From the NCBI GenBank assembly GCA_020847735.1, contig JADLBL010000023.1, positions 144,495-208,494 of the forward strand: 64,000 nt of DNA, given 5' to 3'. The notes under the pieces were generated by a model. That model saw nothing but the letters and a program-made list of their open reading frames with translations. It did no database searches and was not told the origin of the DNA. The translations under genes and the position numbers were made by a program. The DNA is from Candidatus Eiseniibacteriota bacterium (lineage in GTDB: Bacteria; Eisenbacteria; RBG-16-71-46). This document shows, in pieces, positions 60,923-64,000 of the stretch. How positions within the stretch are numbered: the stretch's first letter is position 1; the number at the start of each line of letters is the position of its first letter.

Positions 60923-61006
60923 GGTCGGCCTCCTCCTGGGTGGTCAGCTAGCAGGATGATATCATTTCGCTAGCGCCTGTCCATACGCGCGAACCCCGCC
61001 CGCGGG

Positions 61007-62302
61007 TTGCACGCCGGCGGCGGACCCGCCAGTGTGCGCCGCCGAAAGGACTTGCCCGTGAACGACCTGCCGCTCCAGCTCGTGGCGCTCGGCTTCCAGG
61101 CGCTCTGCACCCTGGCCCTGGCCGGGGTGCACTTCGGCCTGTGGCGCGCGCAGGCGCGGCCCTACCACCTGAGCTGGTCGCTGGCCTGGACGTTCTACGC
61201 GCTGCGCCTCGGGGCCATCTCGATGTTCCTGGTGTCGCGGCACCAGGCGTGGCTGTTCGCGCACCAGACCGTGACGGGATGGGCGGCGCTGCTGCTGCTG
61301 CTCGCGGCGCTGCAGTTCAACGGACGCATGCCGTGGCGGCGGGAATACGCGCTGGTCGGCCTCGCCGCTCCCGCGTGGGCGGCGCTGGCGATCTGGGGCA
61401 TCCGCAACTACGCCATCGCCGGCACCACGTCCACGCTGCTGCTCTTCACCGTGACGCTGTGGACGGCCGCGGTCTTCTGGGTGCGCGAGCGGCGCGAGCC
61501 TTCGACCGGCTCGCGGATCCTCGCCTGGGCCTTCACGCTCTGGGCGCTTCACCACCTCGACTATCCGCTGCTGCGCTCGCAGGGTGCCGGGCTGCTGTAC
61601 GGGGTGTTCGCCGACGTCGCGATCATCGTGCTGGTGGCGGTCGGCACGCTGGTGCTGGTGCTGGGCGAGGGCCGGCGCGCGCTCGCGCTTCGCACCGCCG
61701 AGCTCGAGCAGCTCACGCGGCTGTTGCTGCGGGCGCAGGAGGAGGAGCGCCGCCGAATCGCGCGCGAACTGCACGACGAGGCGGGACAGGCGCTGACCGC
61801 GCTCAAGATCGAGCTGGACCTGGAGGGCCGCACCACGGCGAGCGAACTGGCGGCGCGGGCGCTCGCGCAGGTCCGCGACGTGAGCAACCTGCTCCGGCCG
61901 CAGGCCATTGACGACCTGGGACTGGTGCCCGCGCTGCGCGGCATGGCCGAGGACTTCGCCGCGCGCACGCAGCTCGACGTCTCGCTGGCGCTGCCCGAGT
62001 CGGCCAGCTGCCCGCCCGAGACGGCGCTGACGCTGTACCGCGTCGGCCAGGAGGCGCTCACCAACGTCGCTCGCCACGCGGGCGCGAAACGCGCGTGGGT
62101 GTCGCTCGAGTTCGACGGCCGCGAGGCGCGCCTGGTGGTCGAGGACGACGGTCACGGACCCGACGCGGCGATGAAGCCGCATCTGGGACTGCTCGGCATG
62201 CAGGAGCGCGTTGTGGACGTCGGCGGCAGGCTGTCGCTCGGCCGCGGCGGCCGCGGCGGCATGCGGCTCGAAGCCACGCTGCCGATGACGGGAGCCGCAT
62301 GA
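61007..62302 (+). CDS. Sensor histidine kinase (HisKA_3 / NarX-LiaS-DesK type) with polytopic N-terminal sensor
   Basis: 5-6 TM helices, then HisKA_3 (RRRIARELHDEAGQALTALKIEL) and an HATPase_c region. The true start may be a downstream GTG near 61058. Its stop overlaps the RR start (ATGA). Confidence 0.8.
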   Translation: MHAGGGPASVRRRKDLPVNDLPLQLVALGFQALCTLALAGVHFGLWRAQARPYHLSWSLAWTFYALRLGAISMFLVSRHQAWLFAHQTVTGWAALLLLLAALQFNGRMPWRREYALVGLAAPAWAALAIWGIRNYAIAGTTSTLLLFTVTLWTAAVFWVRERREPSTGSRILAWAFTLWALHHLDYPLLRSQGAGLLYGVFADVAIIVLVAVGTLVLVLGEGRRALALRTAELEQLTRLLLRAQEEERRRIARELHDEAGQALTALKIELDLEGRTTASELAARALAQVRDVSNLLRPQAIDDLGLVPALRGMAEDFAARTQLDVSLALPESASCPPETALTLYRVGQEALTNVARHAGAKRAWVSLEFDGREARLVVEDDGHGPDAAMKPHLGLLGMQERVVDVGGRLSLGRGGRGGMRLEATLPMTGAA

Positions 62303-62961
62303 GCTCGCGCGCGCCGATCCGGGTGCTGCTGGCGGACGATCACCCGCTGGTGCGCGCCGGCGTGCGCAAGGTGCTCGAGCAGCAGCCCGCGGTGAGCATC
62401 GTCGGCGAGGCCGGGGACGGCGACGAGGCGCTCCGGCTGCTCGCCGAGCTCGAGCCCGACCTGCTCGTGCTCGACCTGAACATGCCCAACCGCGACGGTT
62501 TCGCGGTGCTGCGCGAGGCCCGCGACGCCGCACCGGGGGTGCGCATCCTGGTGCTGACGATGCACTCGTCGGTCGAGTACGTTTCGCGCGCGGTGCGTGA
62601 GGGCGCCGACGGCTACCTGCTCAAGGACACCGCGGTGCGCGACCTCGCGGCGGCGATCGAGTCGGTGACCGCGGGCCGGCCCTACTACAGCGAGCCTGCG
62701 CAGCGCGCGCTCGCCGACTCGGTGCGGCGCCCGGCGGACGCGGCGCCGCCGCTCGAGCGGCTGACCGCACGCGAACGAGAGGTGCTCGCCGGCGTCGCGC
62801 GCGGCCGGACGACCAAGGAAATCGCGGCGGAGTTCAACATCAGTACGCGCACCGTCGAGACGCACCGCGCCGCGATCATGCGCAAGCTCGAGATCCGCTC
62901 GGTCGCCCTGCTCACGCAGTTCGCGATCCGAGCGGGCCTGATCGAGCCGCCGCCCTCCTGA
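62299..62961 (+). CDS. NarL/LuxR-family response regulator
   Basis: REC domain (IRVLLADDHPLVRAGV...LVLDLNMPNRDG) plus a C-terminal LuxR HTH (LTAREREVLAGVARGRTTKEIAAEFNISTRTVETHRAAIMRKL). Confidence 0.9.
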   Translation: MSSRAPIRVLLADDHPLVRAGVRKVLEQQPAVSIVGEAGDGDEALRLLAELEPDLLVLDLNMPNRDGFAVLREARDAAPGVRILVLTMHSSVEYVSRAVREGADGYLLKDTAVRDLAAAIESVTAGRPYYSEPAQRALADSVRRPADAAPPLERLTAREREVLAGVARGRTTKEIAAEFNISTRTVETHRAAIMRKLEIRSVALLTQFAIRAGLIEPPPS

Positions 62962-62991
62962 GCGGCGACTCGCACGTCGGGCCGCACCGCG

Positions 62992-63023
62992 CTCCGTAAT
63001 TCCACGGAGCGCGAATTCCGTGG
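62992..63023. promoter_or_regulatory. Candidate regulatory site upstream of the TonB-dependent receptor gene
   Basis: Direct repeat AATTCCACGG / AATTCCGTGG spaced 16 bp. The first copy is embedded in the inverted repeat CTCCGT-AATTCC-ACGGAG. These are the only AT-rich words in a GC-rich spacer, 48-80 nt upstream of the ATG. Confidence 0.3.
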
Positions 63024-63070
63024 TTCTTCGAATGGCCCGGGGCCGGTTCGGGGCCGATATTCGCCGCTGA

Positions 63071-64000
63071 ATGAGTCACTCCCCGATTCAGCTGCGCACC
63101 GCCACGTTCGTGGTCCTGCTGGCCGCGGTCCTCGGTCCCGCGCGGCCCGCGCCCGCGGCCGAAGAGCCTGTGCCCGTGCCGGTTCCGCCGAGCGCTGCGC
63201 CCGACAGCCTGCCGAAGCCGCGCGGCATGCAGGACACGGTCACGGTCCTCAAGCCCGTCCTCGTCAGCGGAACGCGCTCCTCGATTCCCGAGCGCAGCAG
63301 CGCGACCACCGTCCGCCTCGATCGCGGCCGCGTGAACCGCTACCTGCCCGCGACCACCGCCGACGTGCTGGTCGCCGCGCCGGGAGTGGACGTCGTCAGC
63401 ACGGGCCCGTGGGCATCGCACGTCTCGATGCGCGGACTCTCGGGCGAGCGCGTGCTCGTCATGGTGGACGGCGTGCGGCTGCAGTCGGGGCGCGGCCACG
63501 GCGCGCAGACGTCGCTCGTGCCCGTGGACAAGCTCGAGGGCGTCGAGATCCAGCCGGGCGCGAGCAGCGCGCAGTACGGCTCCGACGCGCTCGGCGGCAT
63601 GGTCGAGCTGAACACGCACCGGCCGCTGCTCGGAGCGGAGCGGCGGACGAGCCTGTCGCTCAACGCCCGCGGCGCCGTGCCCGGGGACGGCTTCGACGAA
63701 AGCGCGCGCGTCCGATGCGTCGGGCCCATCCTCGGGGGCGAGGTGTTCGCGGGGCTCGGCCGCCTGCGCGCCCTGTCCACGCCGAGGGGCGAGGTGCCCA
63801 ACAGCGGCTACCACGACCAGGACGTCTCGGTGCGCACCCAGGCGCAGCTCGGGCAGGGCGTGTTCGACTACGAGCATTCGACGCACATGAGCCGCGACAT
63901 CGGCCTGCCGGCGTTCACGTCGTCGGCGGGCGCGAGCGCCGAGTTCCCGCTGCAGTCGCGCGACGCCGACCGGTTCGAGTTCTCGCTGCACGAGTCCGGG
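63071..64000 (+). CDS. TonB-dependent outer membrane receptor (5' partial; plug domain and start of barrel)
   Basis: Signal peptide (MSHSPIQLRTATFVVLLAAVLGPARPAPAA), then plug-domain motifs (VLVSGTR, ATTADVLVAAPGVDVVSTG, MRGLSGERVLVMVDGVRL, SAQYGSDALGGMVELNT). The reading frame is open to the window end, so it is absent from the ORF track. Confidence 0.8.
   Translation, partial: MSHSPIQLRTATFVVLLAAVLGPARPAPAAEEPVPVPVPPSAAPDSLPKPRGMQDTVTVLKPVLVSGTRSSIPERSSATTVRLDRGRVNRYLPATTADVLVAAPGVDVVSTGPWASHVSMRGLSGERVLVMVDGVRLQSGRGHGAQTSLVPVDKLEGVEIQPGASSAQYGSDALGGMVELNTHRPLLGAERRTSLSLNARGAVPGDGFDESARVRCVGPILGGEVFAGLGRLRALSTPRGEVPNSGYHDQDVSVRTQAQLGQGVFDYEHSTHMSRDIGLPAFTSSAGASAEFPLQSRDADRFEFSLHESG

Noticed and set aside
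62912-63991. 359-aa minus ORF antisense to the TonB-dependent receptor 5' end
   Set aside because: The plus frame 63071 onward encodes a clear signal peptide and plug domain. The minus ORF is low complexity.

Overview
This 64 kb window is about 72% GC and looks like ordinary chromosomal DNA. Nearly every long stretch is open in several frames, so I made gene calls from recognisable protein families, signal peptides, RBS and start context, and translational coupling, not from ORF length. I found no tRNA, rRNA, CRISPR array, transposase or integrase. Two large secreted proteins end in a T9SS-type (Por) C-terminal sorting domain, which is unusual for so GC-rich a sequence and suggests an FCB-group or Gemmatimonadota-like organism or MAG; this is an inference only. 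Gene content in order along the window:
- tolC-like/emrA/emrB tripartite efflux operon
- HMA metallochaperone-like protein
- P1B-4 heavy-metal ATPase
- arginase
- an unassigned two-gene operon
- cupredoxin-cusCBA copper/silver efflux locus with a small periplasmic OB-fold gene
- HDAC-like amidohydrolase
- adaA-alkA fusion plus ogt (alkylation repair)
- GT39/ArnT-like glycosyltransferase
- two tandem secreted M1-family metallopeptidase paralogs
- a 1682-aa surface protein with T9SS C-terminal domain
- pfkA, then a dtxR-feoA-feoB-feoC-like iron uptake operon
- a beta-propeller T9SS cargo protein
- CPBP protease cluster
- acs
- a SWIM plus SNF2 helicase
- tricorn protease
- a HEAT-repeat protein coupled to an HD-GYP phosphodiesterase
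- two small secreted proteins, one of which appears to be a circularly permuted blue-copper domain
- SPFH plus Arc-like RHH pair
- NarL-type two-component system
- the 5' end of a TonB-dependent receptor
Coordinates of internal starts were derived by codon offsets from the supplied ORF track. Hairpin and motif coordinates were hand-indexed and may be off by 1-2 nt.
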